46,583 bases of DNA from a virus: the UHGV virus genome UHGV-1364951. One strand, given 5' to 3'. The notes beneath the pieces are model-generated. The model worked only from the letters and a program-made list of their open reading frames with translations. It had not been told where the DNA came from and did no database searches. Position numbers and translations under genes: made by a program. Numbering within the stretch: position 1 is the first letter of the stretch; each line of letters opens with the position of its first letter. Positions 35,688 through 44,679 of this stretch are shown here, one piece after another.

Positions 35688-37101
35688 ACGCCTCTCTGCA
35701 CTTGCAATCGAAAAGCTGGAGGCACAGGTGGATGATGCGCTGACCGATGTTGCTGAGTCGGCTATCTTCGGAATCTGCGACATGCAGAAGAACGTCATCA
35801 AGCGCCTAAGAATGACCGCTACGGGAGTGGAGGATGTTACCAATGAAACCACGCAGTCAGACCACTTAATCCCCGCAAAACTCGAAAGGCTGCTTTATCC
35901 GAAGCGTAATAAGGTCGTCTTTGGTGGTCGTGCATCAACAAAGACCCGTACCGTGGCAACCATACTCACCGAGTCCGCGCGATTCAGGCCGGAGCGTATT
36001 GGCTGCTTCCGCGAAATTCAGCAGTCTATCGAGGACTCCAGCTATCAGGAGCTGGTAGACGAAATAGACCGTAAAGGCGAATCATCAGAATATCGCTGCA
36101 TCGACGGCAAGATAACCCACAAGCGAACGAAATCAAAATTCAGGTTCCGTGGCCTTTATCGCAACATCACCGGCGTCAAGGGTTTTGCCGGGATATCGAA
36201 AGCATGGGTGGAGGAGGCCGAGAACGTCAGCCAGGCATCGTGGGACATTCTTGAACCAACCATTCGCGCAGAAGGCTCTGAGATATGGGTGACGTTCAAC
36301 CCCAACAAAGAAACCGATGCCACGTGGACTCAGTGGGTGGCGCCATATTACGACAAGATGGTCGATGGCATCTATGAGGATGATGATACATTAATCATTG
36401 AGTGTAATTACCGCGATAACCCGTGGTTTTATGACACCCCGCTCCCGGCATCCATGGAGAAGATGAAGGCAGTCGACTTCGACCGCTATCTCTGGATTTG
36501 GGAAGGTAAATTTAATAAGCGCAGCGATGAGCAGGTATTCGGTGGAAAATGGCGCACTGCATCGTTTGAGGTTAATCCTGAATGGCATGGCCCATATCAC
36601 GGAATGGACTTCGGTTTCAGTGGCGACCCTGCCGCAATGGTTGAGGTTTGGGTGGAAAATCTACCCGGCGACCGGCGCAACATTTATATTAATCGTGAGT
36701 ATGGCAAGGTTCACCTTGAGATTACCGACCACCCGGCAGCAATGGACCAGGCATTTCCTATGGCGCGTAAGGCCCGCTGGTATGCCGACTCCTCAAGGCC
36801 AGAAACCATAAGTCACATCAAGCGCGCTGGCTTTGACATTCATCCCTGCAACAAATGGCCGGGCAGCGTTGAGGATGGCGTCACCTGGCTCAGGGGTTGC
36901 GACAACATCATCATTCATGACCGTTGTACAGAAATGAAAAATGAGGCCGCCATGTACAGCCATAAGGTCGACAAGAATACCGGCCTTGTGCTTACTGAAA
37001 TCGTTGATAAATACAACCACTATTGGGATGCCGTGCGCTATGCGCTAAATGACTACATCGTACAGCGCGGCTCAGGATGGATTAGGCGGAGCAGGAGATA
37101 A
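35677..37101 (+). CDS. terL: terminase large subunit
   Basis: 474 aa; N-terminal ATPase region (…KVVFGGRASTKTRTV…) and a C-terminal nuclease region with acidic residues (…WYADSSRPE…DAVRYA…). Confidence 0.75.
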   Translation: MARKRLSALAIEKLEAQVDDALTDVAESAIFGICDMQKNVIKRLRMTATGVEDVTNETTQSDHLIPAKLERLLYPKRNKVVFGGRASTKTRTVATILTESARFRPERIGCFREIQQSIEDSSYQELVDEIDRKGESSEYRCIDGKITHKRTKSKFRFRGLYRNITGVKGFAGISKAWVEEAENVSQASWDILEPTIRAEGSEIWVTFNPNKETDATWTQWVAPYYDKMVDGIYEDDDTLIIECNYRDNPWFYDTPLPASMEKMKAVDFDRYLWIWEGKFNKRSDEQVFGGKWRTASFEVNPEWHGPYHGMDFGFSGDPAAMVEVWVENLPGDRRNIYINREYGKVHLEITDHPAAMDQAFPMARKARWYADSSRPETISHIKRAGFDIHPCNKWPGSVEDGVTWLRGCDNIIIHDRCTEMKNEAAMYSHKVDKNTGLVLTEIVDKYNHYWDAVRYALNDYIVQRGSGWIRRSRR

Positions 37102-37123
37102 GACCCCGGCAGGGGTCTATTTG
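37100..37123. terminator. bidirectional terminator hairpin
   Basis: agaccccggcaggggtctatttg, between convergent genes. Confidence 0.45.
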
Positions 37124-37407
37124 TAAAGCCAACAATGAATCCCCGCATTACGCATGGCGGCATAAATCACGTCATCAGAAACGACCGCCATTGCCACCCT
37201 GTCAGCATCAATCTGCTGGTGCGATGCCATGATGTCATCATAGAAAACATCGTTAGCATGCAGCCACTCATACGCATGCTTTGCCCTCATGATAAGCACA
37301 TCATGCCCGGCACAGTAGAGCGACTTAGCCAGCGCAACGTTACCAGCAATAGCATTGCCTTTAGCATCGCGCAGCACACCATCAAGCTCAAAAATGACAC
37401 ATTTCAT
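37117..37407 (-). CDS. hypothetical protein with HAD-like N-terminal motif (FELDGVL)
   Basis: 96 aa; leftward gene driven by a consensus promoter. Confidence 0.35.
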   Translation of the reverse strand: MKCVIFELDGVLRDAKGNAIAGNVALAKSLYCAGHDVLIMRAKHAYEWLHANDVFYDDIMASHQQIDADRVAMAVVSDDVIYAAMRNAGIHCWLYK

Positions 37408-37433
37408 AAGATTTCTCCGAGAGGTTTCATTTT

Positions 37434-37462
37434 AATCTACGCCATGCTAGAATCTACGTCAA
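37434..37462 (-). promoter_or_regulatory. consensus promoter TTGACGtagattc-N10-TAGATT
   Basis: The + strand carries gaatctacgtcaag (37449-37462) and taatctacgcca (37431-37442). Confidence 0.4.
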
Positions 37463-37495
37463 GACGCATTGACATAACTACATCACCGGGGCATC

Positions 37496-37735
37496 ATGAA
37501 GGCATACTCATATTTTTCGTGGGAGCAGAAGGAAAAAATATACTCACTCGCAAGAGCTGGTGTATCAGATGCAGCTCTGTGCGAAAGGTATGATGTGGAT
37601 GAGGCTATTCTTCTGCGCATGTATGATGAGGTGCTGTGTGAGTTGCAGCGTCGCCGTGGTTATAGTGGCCTAAAGACGATTAATGATTTCTTCCGGAATG
37701 TTGAGTTAAATAACGATGAGGGTGGTGATTTATGA
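37496..37735 (+). CDS. hypothetical protein (79 aa)
   Basis: track ORF; first gene of the inserted rightward cluster. Confidence 0.4.
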   Translation: MKAYSYFSWEQKEKIYSLARAGVSDAALCERYDVDEAILLRMYDEVLCELQRRRGYSGLKTINDFFRNVELNNDEGGDL

Positions 37736-37899
37736 TTATTGAAGGAAAGATTTTTACCGACTTGTCTGCCAGAGAGGTAACAAGTCAAGTGTCAATGAAC
37801 ATCAATCAAGATGGCGACGCAATCGTTATCGACAAACACCAGGCCGCGCAGCTTATCGAAGTCCTGCAACGCTGGGTTGATGGCGAGGAGATTGAGTGA
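37732..37899 (+). CDS. hypothetical protein (55 aa)
   Basis: MIIEGKIFTDLSAREVTSQVSMNINQDGDAIVIDKHQAAQLIEVLQRWVDGEEIE; ATGA overlaps at both ends. Confidence 0.3.
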   Translation: MIIEGKIFTDLSAREVTSQVSMNINQDGDAIVIDKHQAAQLIEVLQRWVDGEEIE

Positions 37900-38195
37900 T
37901 GAGCGAATACCTATGGTGGTGCGGGCTGGTTGCCAATGTCGCTGTGGTGATGTTTGCTCTGCTTGTTGTTTGGGTGTGGTTTGTTTTCCCGGCAGTAGAA
38001 GCTATAAGCATGGTCAGGTGGTGCAAGGCAATTGCCAGGGAATATCCTGATGTTAAGCTGAAGGGATTTTTTCGCATGTTTGTCGGTTGCTATGAGGTTT
38101 TTGGTCGCACATTTGAATGCACCAGATGCAAATATGGCAGCTGGTATGGGGTCGGAAATTGGCGCGTTTATAATAACGAGGATGGTGACAAATGA
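37899..38195 (+). CDS. membrane protein (98 aa) with C-terminal Cys cluster
   Basis: N-terminal TM helices; …CTRCKYGSWYG…. Confidence 0.4.
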   Translation: MSEYLWWCGLVANVAVVMFALLVVWVWFVFPAVEAISMVRWCKAIAREYPDVKLKGFFRMFVGCYEVFGRTFECTRCKYGSWYGVGNWRVYNNEDGDK

Positions 38196-38380
38196 GCATC
38201 TATTTTATTCACGCGGAAGCTATTCTCAGCAATGGCTTCGTTGCCGAGAAGGTTGGTAAAGTGGTAATTGCTACTAATGCGGCTGTCGCGCTTACTCAGT
38301 TTTGGTCAGATGATAGCGTGGTAGCGTTAACCGACCAAGGAATTAAAGTCGTAATCGACAAATTCGAAAAGGTGGAATGA
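38192..38380 (+). CDS. hypothetical protein (62 aa)
   Basis: ATGA-coupled. Confidence 0.35.
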   Translation: MSIYFIHAEAILSNGFVAEKVGKVVIATNAAVALTQFWSDDSVVALTDQGIKVVIDKFEKVE

Positions 38381-38580
38381 TGAAGAGATTCCTTTTGGCA
38401 TGGGTATATCTCTTTGCGGTGTATATAGCATGCCTTGCACTGGCCTTCCCGGTATGCTGGTTCATCAAATGGCAGCCGCCAATGCTGAGCGACATCATGA
38501 ATATCGGCGTACTGCGCATTGCATTGCTCATGCTGGTTGCGTCTATGGTTGGCGCATTGTTTCTTAGTAGAGTTGATTGA
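38377..38580 (+). CDS. small membrane protein (67 aa, 2 TM)
   Basis: hydrophobic segments; ATGA-coupled. Confidence 0.4.
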   Translation: MMKRFLLAWVYLFAVYIACLALAFPVCWFIKWQPPMLSDIMNIGVLRIALLMLVASMVGALFLSRVD

Positions 38581-38589
38581 GGTGAAGTG

Positions 38590-38835
38590 ATGGGTATCAT
38601 TCTTTTTCTTTTGTTGATGGCTTTGGCATTCCTTTTCTACATGCTCATCAGAAACAACATGGTATATAAAACGAGGCATGAGTTCATGGAATTTTTCTAT
38701 CATCATGACCAGAATGGATATGACGCCGGGAACAGGTTTCGTGATCACGTTCCATCATATGATGAGATGCTGTTTAAATTCTGGGTTTTCCCACTTAGCA
38801 GCTTCTACCCCGCATACCATAATCGCAAGCGTTGA
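38590..38835 (+). CDS. small membrane protein (81 aa)
   Basis: N-terminal TM (MGIILFLLLMALAFLFYMLI); ATG at 38590. Confidence 0.4.
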   Translation: MGIILFLLLMALAFLFYMLIRNNMVYKTRHEFMEFFYHHDQNGYDAGNRFRDHVPSYDEMLFKFWVFPLSSFYPAYHNRKR

Positions 38836-38845
38836 CCATGCTATA

Positions 38846-38873
38846 ATCCCATCCATGCGATGGGATTTTTTAT
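38846..38873 (+). terminator. terminator/attenuator hairpin upstream of portal gene
   Basis: atcccatccatgcgatgggattttttat. Confidence 0.45.
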
Positions 38874-38882
38874 GGTGACGAA

Positions 38883-40325
38883 ATGTCAAAGTTAGAGGCG
38901 GTAAACGCCTATATTCAGCAGCGAGTGGCGAACAATAACAGGCTCATCGAGCGGCAGCGTCGGGAGTTTGACGGGAAGAATATCGACCACAAACACGACA
39001 GGCTGTGGATTGAATGTGGCTACCCTGAAGAAATCACCGCCGAAATGTTCCGCTATGCCTATGAGCGCTATGCGCCGGCAGCCGCTGGCGTTAATCGCGT
39101 ACTCGATAAGTGCTGGCAGACTCCGCCGCAAATCCTCGAAGAAGGCGCCGATGATAAAGCAAGCACTCCGTGGGAGAAAGCCGCCAATAAGCTGTTTAAG
39201 CGCGCTGCGCCGTTCATTAAGGATGCAGACCGCCGCAACCTCATTAACCGCTACTCAGGCCTAATCCTGCAAATCCGCGACGGAAAGCAGTGGAATGAGC
39301 CGGTGGACACCACGAAAACAAAACGCATCAAGGATGCTGCCATTGTCCGCTACATTCCGGCATGGGAAGAACAGCTCCGCGTTAGTGAGTGGGAAAATGA
39401 TGAAGCCAGCGAGGACTATGGTCAACCGAAGATGTACGAATATCAGGAGTCGGTAGTCGGCGCCTGCAACAGCGGCGGTAAGCCAACGCGCTCCCTGAGT
39501 ATTCACCCTGACCGCATCATCGCGTTCGCTGAGGGCGCAATGGATGGCTCCATTTACTCTGGCGTCCCACTTCTTCGTGCCGGGTATAACCACCTCATCG
39601 ACATGGCGAAAGTCACCGGCTCAAGCGCCGAGGGCTTCCTGAAAAATGCAAGCCGACAGCTCAACGTTAATTATAATAAAGACAACGTTTCCGCTCAGTC
39701 TCTGGCGCAGCAAATGGGTGTGCCGCTGGAAGAACTGGCGGATGTTCTCAATGAGGATGTGGCGCGCCTGAATGAGGCGATTGACGCGGCAATGTTCACG
39801 ATGGGCGCAGATGTCAAAGTGCTCTCAGTTACGCCAGCAGACCCAAGCCCAACGTGGACTATTGCAGCCAACCAGTTTGCAGCATCTATCAAGAAGCCAT
39901 TTACTATTCTGTTTGGTCAGCAGACTGGCCGCCTTGCATCCGATGAGGATAAAACCGACGACGCCATGAGCGCCAAGCAGCGTCGTGAGGACTGGCTGGA
40001 TTACATCATCTCTGTGTTTATCGACCGGATGATTTCCTTTGGCATTCTGGATAAGGCGCCAGAAAGCGGTTATTACTGCAAATGGGACGACCTGCTTGCA
40101 CCTTCCGAGCTGAACAAGGCCGACCTGCTGGTTAAACTTGCCACTGCAAACAAATCCGTATTCGACGCAGGTCAGATGGCCCTGATGACAGCAGATGAGA
40201 TGCGCGGAATTGTCGGTATGGAGCCTCTGGAGGAGCAGCTTCCTGAGGGATTACAGGAAGGTCAACAGCAAGACCAGACAGACGACCAACAGCGGGGCCA
40301 GACCGATGCGCCTCCTAAAAATTAA
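38883..40325 (+). CDS. portal protein
   Basis: 480 aa, follows TerL in the packaging module; acidic C-terminus; size and position typical of a portal. Confidence 0.7.
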   Translation: MSKLEAVNAYIQQRVANNNRLIERQRREFDGKNIDHKHDRLWIECGYPEEITAEMFRYAYERYAPAAAGVNRVLDKCWQTPPQILEEGADDKASTPWEKAANKLFKRAAPFIKDADRRNLINRYSGLILQIRDGKQWNEPVDTTKTKRIKDAAIVRYIPAWEEQLRVSEWENDEASEDYGQPKMYEYQESVVGACNSGGKPTRSLSIHPDRIIAFAEGAMDGSIYSGVPLLRAGYNHLIDMAKVTGSSAEGFLKNASRQLNVNYNKDNVSAQSLAQQMGVPLEELADVLNEDVARLNEAIDAAMFTMGADVKVLSVTPADPSPTWTIAANQFAASIKKPFTILFGQQTGRLASDEDKTDDAMSAKQRREDWLDYIISVFIDRMISFGILDKAPESGYYCKWDDLLAPSELNKADLLVKLATANKSVFDAGQMALMTADEMRGIVGMEPLEEQLPEGLQEGQQQDQTDDQQRGQTDAPPKN

Positions 40326-41250
40326 TGCCCGGCTTCCGCAGCCAAAATTAAGCATGAGCCTGACAGACCCACTCGGCGCAGTGGGTCGCGTCAACAAGAT
40401 GGTGCGCGATGTTGACGCCAGATATGTGACGCTAAAATCGCAGGTTGCCGGATTGTTCCGCACTATTCCTGTGGCGACCGGCAATGCGGAGACTGGAAAT
40501 TATTATTATGATTTCTCCGCCTACCGCGCATCGACATTCTTTGATGAACTTCAGCGCATTCTTGATGGTCAGCTGCTGGAAGGCGATGACTTCACGCACG
40601 GAAGGCTATGGGCATCATCCTATGTCAGCGATGCCATGTATGCTGGCACGCAGAAGGCTAACTCTGACCTGAGCGAACTGTCGTCGGCATACAAAGACAG
40701 TAGGCCGCTTGCTGAAATACTGTACTCTCAGCCGTATCTCGACAGGCTTCAGCTTGCGTACACTCGCACGTATAACGATTGGGGTGGCCTTTCAGATTAC
40801 ACGCGGCGGCAGGTGGCGGAAGTCATCACTGCTGGTATTGCAAATGGCGACGCTCCTGGAGTGGTTGAGCAAAACATCGTTAATCGCATGGACGTATCAA
40901 GGAGCTACGCACGGTCAATCGCTCAGACTGAAATCACAAACACCCTACGCGAGGCAAACAGGCGCGAGGTGAAGGAGGCGCAGGTCACGCTGGGTATGGA
41001 TACCATTATGCTCTGGCAGTCGGCGCTGATGAAGACCACCCGCGTCACTCATGCCGCGCGTCATGGGAAGTATTACACGCCTGAAGAGATCGATGAGTTC
41101 TACAGCGAGGGCGCAAACCGCCGTAACTGCCACTGCGCTCAGATACCCGCATTGGTGATGGATGGCAAGCCTGTGATACTTGAAAAAACGCAGGAAAGAC
41201 TCGATAAGCAGCGCGAAGCGTGGCAGGATGCGCATAAGAAAGCCGCCTGA
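40303..41250 (+). CDS. head morphogenesis protein (SPP1 gp7 / Mu F-like minor head protein)
   Basis: immediately downstream of the portal gene; start uncertain (track ORF from 40195; ATG candidates at 40303 and ~40351). Confidence 0.5.
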   Translation, partial: PMRLLKINARLPQPKLSMSLTDPLGAVGRVNKMVRDVDARYVTLKSQVAGLFRTIPVATGNAETGNYYYDFSAYRASTFFDELQRILDGQLLEGDDFTHGRLWASSYVSDAMYAGTQKANSDLSELSSAYKDSRPLAEILYSQPYLDRLQLAYTRTYNDWGGLSDYTRRQVAEVITAGIANGDAPGVVEQNIVNRMDVSRSYARSIAQTEITNTLREANRREVKEAQVTLGMDTIMLWQSALMKTTRVTHAARHGKYYTPEEIDEFYSEGANRRNCHCAQIPALVMDGKPVILEKTQERLDKQREAWQDAHKKAA

Positions 41251-41282
41251 TGGCGGCTTCTGTCAAATATTAGTTTTTTTGT
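41239..41282 (+). terminator. intrinsic terminator
   Basis: aagccgcctgatggcggctt hairpin followed by a T-run. Confidence 0.45.
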
Positions 41283-41457
41283 TGTTTGCCAGCGGAAACT
41301 TCTTGTCAACAAAGTCAGTCATCTTAATCCTGATGCGTCTTACATGGCAACTCCAGTCATCAGCTTTGTTCAGCATCACCTCGATAATCAAAATAATGAA
41401 AAATAGTGGAGCCACTATAATTCTTCCGGCGAGGCTTTTCTTGCTCATTCTGTACAT
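41263..41457 (-). CDS. small membrane protein (64 aa)
   Basis: MYRMSKKSLAGRIIVAPLFFIILIIEVML…; starts 2 nt after the stop of the 265-aa gene. Confidence 0.35.
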   Translation of the reverse strand: MYRMSKKSLAGRIIVAPLFFIILIIEVMLNKADDWSCHVRRIRIKMTDFVDKKFPLANNKKTNI

Positions 41458-41458
41458 A

Positions 41459-42256
41459 TCAATCCTCCAGCTTAATGCCAGGAACTTTTCCAGCGGCGAT
41501 GAGGTCGTAAATTTCCTCAGCAAAAGCCTGGCACCATCCTGTTAACATAATTGTTTTCACTGCCTCATCGCGCTTCCGGTCGGCTTCTGAGCGGATGGGG
41601 CGGGTAGGGCGGAATGCGACGTCGCCAATGTTATAGGCATCCTCCCTGCCGCTTTCTTTCAACTTAACTACAACAATTTGACCGCTTGCGAAGAGTATTT
41701 TGCATGACTGCCATTCATCGCCAGCCCACGAGCGTTCGCACACGCAACCAACTGGAGGTGTCACGCCTTCTCCATTCCAAACCGGCGCAGCATCCTGGCC
41801 GATGCACTCATTCAGGTCAGCTTCGTCATCAGCTTTGGCCTGCTCTGCTTTCTGCGGATGGTGCATGCGGTAGGCGATGATGTCGCCGTCGTCGTCTTCG
41901 TGGCTCCATGGAAAATAGCAAGCTTGTCTATTATTGATATGGCCAGGAAGCGGATTGCGGTATTTGACTTCAACAACCGTGTCACCACTTACCGGGCAAT
42001 CCCCACCACCCCACTCAATCCATCCATCATCCTTTGCAGCCAGCGCGGCTTCGTACTGTTCGCGGGTGATTTTCGTGCCGCTCTTACCATGCTTGCGATG
42101 GTCAGCAGCAAGTTGATCAAGGAAGATTCCAGACCTAACATTTCCTCGACCGTAAAACATAAGTTCACGGTCGTAATCCTGTCCGATATGCGTAACCTTT
42201 TCAGGCCAACCACCAATCGCCGGTAACGCCTGAACCAACAAATCAATCGTTTTCAT
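41459..42256 (-). CDS. hypothetical protein (265 aa), Cys/Trp-containing
   Basis: track ORF; ATGA-coupled to the upstream 43-aa ORF. Confidence 0.45.
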   Translation of the reverse strand: MKTIDLLVQALPAIGGWPEKVTHIGQDYDRELMFYGRGNVRSGIFLDQLAADHRKHGKSGTKITREQYEAALAAKDDGWIEWGGGDCPVSGDTVVEVKYRNPLPGHINNRQACYFPWSHEDDDGDIIAYRMHHPQKAEQAKADDEADLNECIGQDAAPVWNGEGVTPPVGCVCERSWAGDEWQSCKILFASGQIVVVKLKESGREDAYNIGDVAFRPTRPIRSEADRKRDEAVKTIMLTGWCQAFAEEIYDLIAAGKVPGIKLED

Positions 42257-42384
42257 TTCTTATCTCCGTTATAAATGCTCTTCAGTTCACCCATCACATT
42301 CAGCCATGCTGCATGCTCATCCATGCCGCGCATCACCAGCTTAACGTAGCGATTGCGGGCCTTAAACATCAGGCGCGGGCACAT
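42253..42384 (-). CDS. hypothetical protein (43 aa)
   Basis: MCPRLMFKARNRYVKLVMRGMDEHAAWLNVMGELKSIYNGDKK; bridges the 96-aa and 265-aa genes with overlapping stop/start codons. Confidence 0.25.
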   Translation of the reverse strand: MCPRLMFKARNRYVKLVMRGMDEHAAWLNVMGELKSIYNGDKK

Positions 42385-42674
42385 TACAAGTCACCCATGC
42401 TTGATACGCAAAGCGCAATTGTGATTGCCTTGATTTCTTTTGGTGTCTTGTTCGGCATTGAGTAGGCCATCTTCACTGTTGCACCAAGCACCTTGTTGGC
42501 ATCCACGCCGTACTCAGGACTTTGTGCTACTGCCATTGCTATGCTTTGAGGCACGCCGGAATCACGAGCATCTGCCGCGGCGAATCCAACATCACCAACT
42601 TTGTTGCACACCTCACCAGCTGATGCGCCAAACGAAGCCATTGCGATAATTGCTACTGCGATAAATTTTTTCAT
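42384..42674 (-). CDS. small secreted (periplasmic) protein
   Basis: signal peptide MKKFIAVAIIAMASFGASA followed by a 77-aa mature domain. Confidence 0.5.
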   Translation of the reverse strand: MKKFIAVAIIAMASFGASAGEVCNKVGDVGFAAADARDSGVPQSIAMAVAQSPEYGVDANKVLGATVKMAYSMPNKTPKEIKAITIALCVSSMGDL

Positions 42675-42702
42675 CTTGAATCCCCTGTGTTTGTGTAACT
42701 AC

Positions 42703-42731
42703 ATCATCGCCTACGATTCAATCTACGTCAA
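42703..42731 (-). promoter_or_regulatory. consensus promoter TTGACGtagattg-N10-GATGAT
   Basis: The + strand reads CAATCTACGTCAA at 42719-42731. Confidence 0.45.
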
Positions 42732-42736
42732 TAGGA

Positions 42737-42748
42737 TTATGATAAAAT
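42737..42748 (+). promoter_or_regulatory. conserved TTATGATAAAAT element upstream of endolysin gene (candidate late promoter -10)
   Basis: identical dodecamer at ~8194-8205 and a variant aTAATGATAAAAg at ~45875-45888. Confidence 0.35.
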
Positions 42749-42772
42749 AATCTGCATCACCGGAGGTAAAAA

Positions 42773-43210
42773 ATGAAACTATCAACGCGCGGAAAGAATT
42801 TAATTAAATCTCATGAGGGGCTGGTGCTTGCAGTCTATCCTGACCCGGCAACCGGAGGCGCTCCGTACACCGCCGGGTACGGTCATACCGGGAGCGACGT
42901 TAAGCCGGGAATGAAGGTCACGCAGGCAATGGCTGACGCATGGTTTGATAAAGATGTAGCTAAATTTGAAAGCGGCGTCTCGTCACTCATAACCGCCCCA
43001 ACAACGCAGGGTCAGTTTGATGCAATGGTGTCGCTGGCCTATAACATCGGGCTTGGTAACTTTGGCAAATCAACTCTGCTGAAAAAGCATAACGCCCGCT
43101 GCTATACCTGCGCTGCTGACCAGTTCCGGGTGTGGAACCGCGCTAATGGCAAGGTAATGAATGGTCTCACCAAGCGCCGCGCAGCCGAACGTGAGGTCTA
43201 CATGGGATGA
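42773..43210 (+). CDS. endolysin, glycoside hydrolase family 24 lysozyme
   Basis: …SHEGLVLAVYPDPATGG…YTAGYGHTG… T4/P22-lysozyme-type catalytic region; strong SD ggaggt. Confidence 0.8.
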   Translation: MKLSTRGKNLIKSHEGLVLAVYPDPATGGAPYTAGYGHTGSDVKPGMKVTQAMADAWFDKDVAKFESGVSSLITAPTTQGQFDAMVSLAYNIGLGNFGKSTLLKKHNARCYTCAADQFRVWNRANGKVMNGLTKRRAAEREVYMG

Positions 43211-43452
43211 GGCGATTAAATAACTGGCTTATCGGCATCTGGGCGTCATTCTGCTCGCTGATTCAGCTCTGGCCTGACGCCATGGTTCACGTATGGGCTT
43301 TCATGCCTGAAGACCTCAAATCTGCAATTCCGCCGATTGCGGTCAAGGCGATCAGCTACAGCATCCTTCTTGCCTCGCTGTTTGGAAAAATGCACGGCAT
43401 GAAGAAAGAGATTAAGGCGCTGAAAAATGATTCTGCAAATCCTCAAAGCTAA
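43207..43452 (+). CDS. putative holin (2 TM)
   Basis: 81 aa with two hydrophobic helices and a charged C-terminus; ATGA-coupled to the endolysin gene; overlaps the Rz start. Confidence 0.4.
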   Translation: MRRLNNWLIGIWASFCSLIQLWPDAMVHVWAFMPEDLKSAIPPIAVKAISYSILLASLFGKMHGMKKEIKALKNDSANPQS

Positions 43453-43921
43453 CTGGAAAGTTATCGCGGCCATTATTGGCGTCGCTCTTCTGGCGCTGAT
43501 TATCTACGGAAAGTGGGTTAATTACGGAGCGGAGAAGTATAACTCTGGATATCTGGCCGCCGTAGAGGCGCAAAAGGCCAAAGACAAAGAGGCAAGCGAA
43601 CAACATGAACAAGACAAAAAGACCATCGAGCAAGAAGCGCAAGGCCGCATTGATGCCGCGCGTGCTGATGCTTCCGCTGCTGCTGTTAAGTCTGGCAGGT
43701 TGCAGCAACAGCTCGCCACAATCAGAAAGCAGCTCGTCGATTATTCCCGCACTGAGTCCATTGGCAATCCAGCCTCCAGTACCGGAGTTTTGCTTGCCGA
43801 CGTGCTCAGCAAATCTGTCGAAAGAAACAGACAATTGGCAGAATATGCTGACTCAGCAAGAGAAGCAGGATTGACTTGTCAGGCACAATACAATTCTCTG
43901 AGGTCAGTTAATGCTAAATAA
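43427..43921 (+). CDS. i-spanin (Rz-like)
   Basis: N-terminal TM then a coiled-coil periplasmic domain rich in A/Q/K/E. Confidence 0.6.
   Translation: MILQILKANWKVIAAIIGVALLALIIYGKWVNYGAEKYNSGYLAAVEAQKAKDKEASEQHEQDKKTIEQEAQGRIDAARADASAAAVKSGRLQQQLATIRKQLVDYSRTESIGNPASSTGVLLADVLSKSVERNRQLAEYADSAREAGLTCQAQYNSLRSVNAK
43605..43874 (+). CDS. o-spanin (Rz1-like lipoprotein) embedded in +1 frame of Rz
   Basis: signal plus lipobox LLLLSLAGC followed by Pro-rich mature peptide. Confidence 0.6.
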   Translation: MNKTKRPSSKKRKAALMPRVLMLPLLLLSLAGCSNSSPQSESSSSIIPALSPLAIQPPVPEFCLPTCSANLSKETDNWQNMLTQQEKQD

Positions 43922-44059
43922 AGAGAGACGCGAGAAGTATGACAGAGTGGCGGCCAGTGTGGCATCAGGCAGGGCAGGCTATCAACCAGCACGCAAAAGC
44001 CGGTATAGCAAGTCGGCAAAAGATGAATATGGCCCCGCACCTCAATTCCTGTAGCAATA

Positions 44060-44088
44060 AAAAAACCCCGTAAAGGGGCTTTGTTTTA
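44060..44088. terminator. bidirectional intrinsic terminator
   Basis: aaaaaaaccccgtaaaggggctttgtttt. Confidence 0.6.
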
Positions 44089-44104
44089 GAAGTCAGGGTG
44101 CTCA

Positions 44105-44317
44105 TCATGCATAAAGCGCCTCCATTTTGTACCCAAACATGGCTGCGTTCTGGTGCTCAACACTACCAGCAAAAACCAGATAGCGGCGCCCACGATTGCT
44201 GGTGATGATGTAGGCTGCTGGTTCGCCAAGCCTTGGGACATGATAATCGCGCCGGGCAGGTTCATGGAACTCCACCGTGTCAATTTCGATGCGTGGCGTT
44301 GGATTTTTGATTAGCAT
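44105..44317 (-). CDS. hypothetical protein (70 aa)
   Basis: track ORF. Confidence 0.35.
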   Translation of the reverse strand: MLIKNPTPRIEIDTVEFHEPARRDYHVPRLGEPAAYIITSNRGRRYLVFAGSVEHQNAAMFGYKMEALYA

Positions 44318-44466
44318 TATTTACCAGCCTCCTCTGCTACCTTTTCTTTCATCGCCATCATAAGGATAACCGCGGCGGCGTAAAAACCACCAAGCCAGAA
44401 GTATCCAAGGGCAAACATCGCTGCTATTTCGCAAAAAGATGTTATCGCTCCATATTTTTTGTGAAC

Positions 44467-44679
44467 TCATGGCGGCTTTTTGTATCTGTCCACCGCCTTC
44501 TTCAGCATCTCACCAGATGCAATGGTGCTGATAGCAACAATGATGCCGCCAATGCTGATGAACCAGAAAAAAGCCACAGCCATGTTATATGCATACACAT
44601 TCTGCATAAACAGGCCGAAGTAAATCAGCGACCACACCAGGAGGGTATCCCATGCGATGTTTTTTAGAAGACGGCTCAT
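44467..44679 (-). CDS. small membrane protein (70 aa)
   Basis: two hydrophobic helices. Confidence 0.4.
   Translation of the reverse strand: MSRLLKNIAWDTLLVWSLIYFGLFMQNVYAYNMAVAFFWFISIGGIIVAISTIASGEMLKKAVDRYKKPP

Noticed and set aside
35186-35725. 179-aa minus ORF antisense to TerS/TerL junction
   Set aside because: It overlaps the conserved packaging genes and has no independent signals.
38296-38748. 150-aa minus ORF across the small membrane-protein genes
   Set aside because: Antisense to four coupled rightward ORFs; hydrophobic sense codons produce antisense ORFs frequently.
43911-44054. 47-aa ORF overlapping the Rz stop and running to the terminator
   Set aside because: It has a weak start context, overlaps the Rz 3' end, and its Arg/Lys-rich product is unconvincing. 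It is retained only as a remote possibility.
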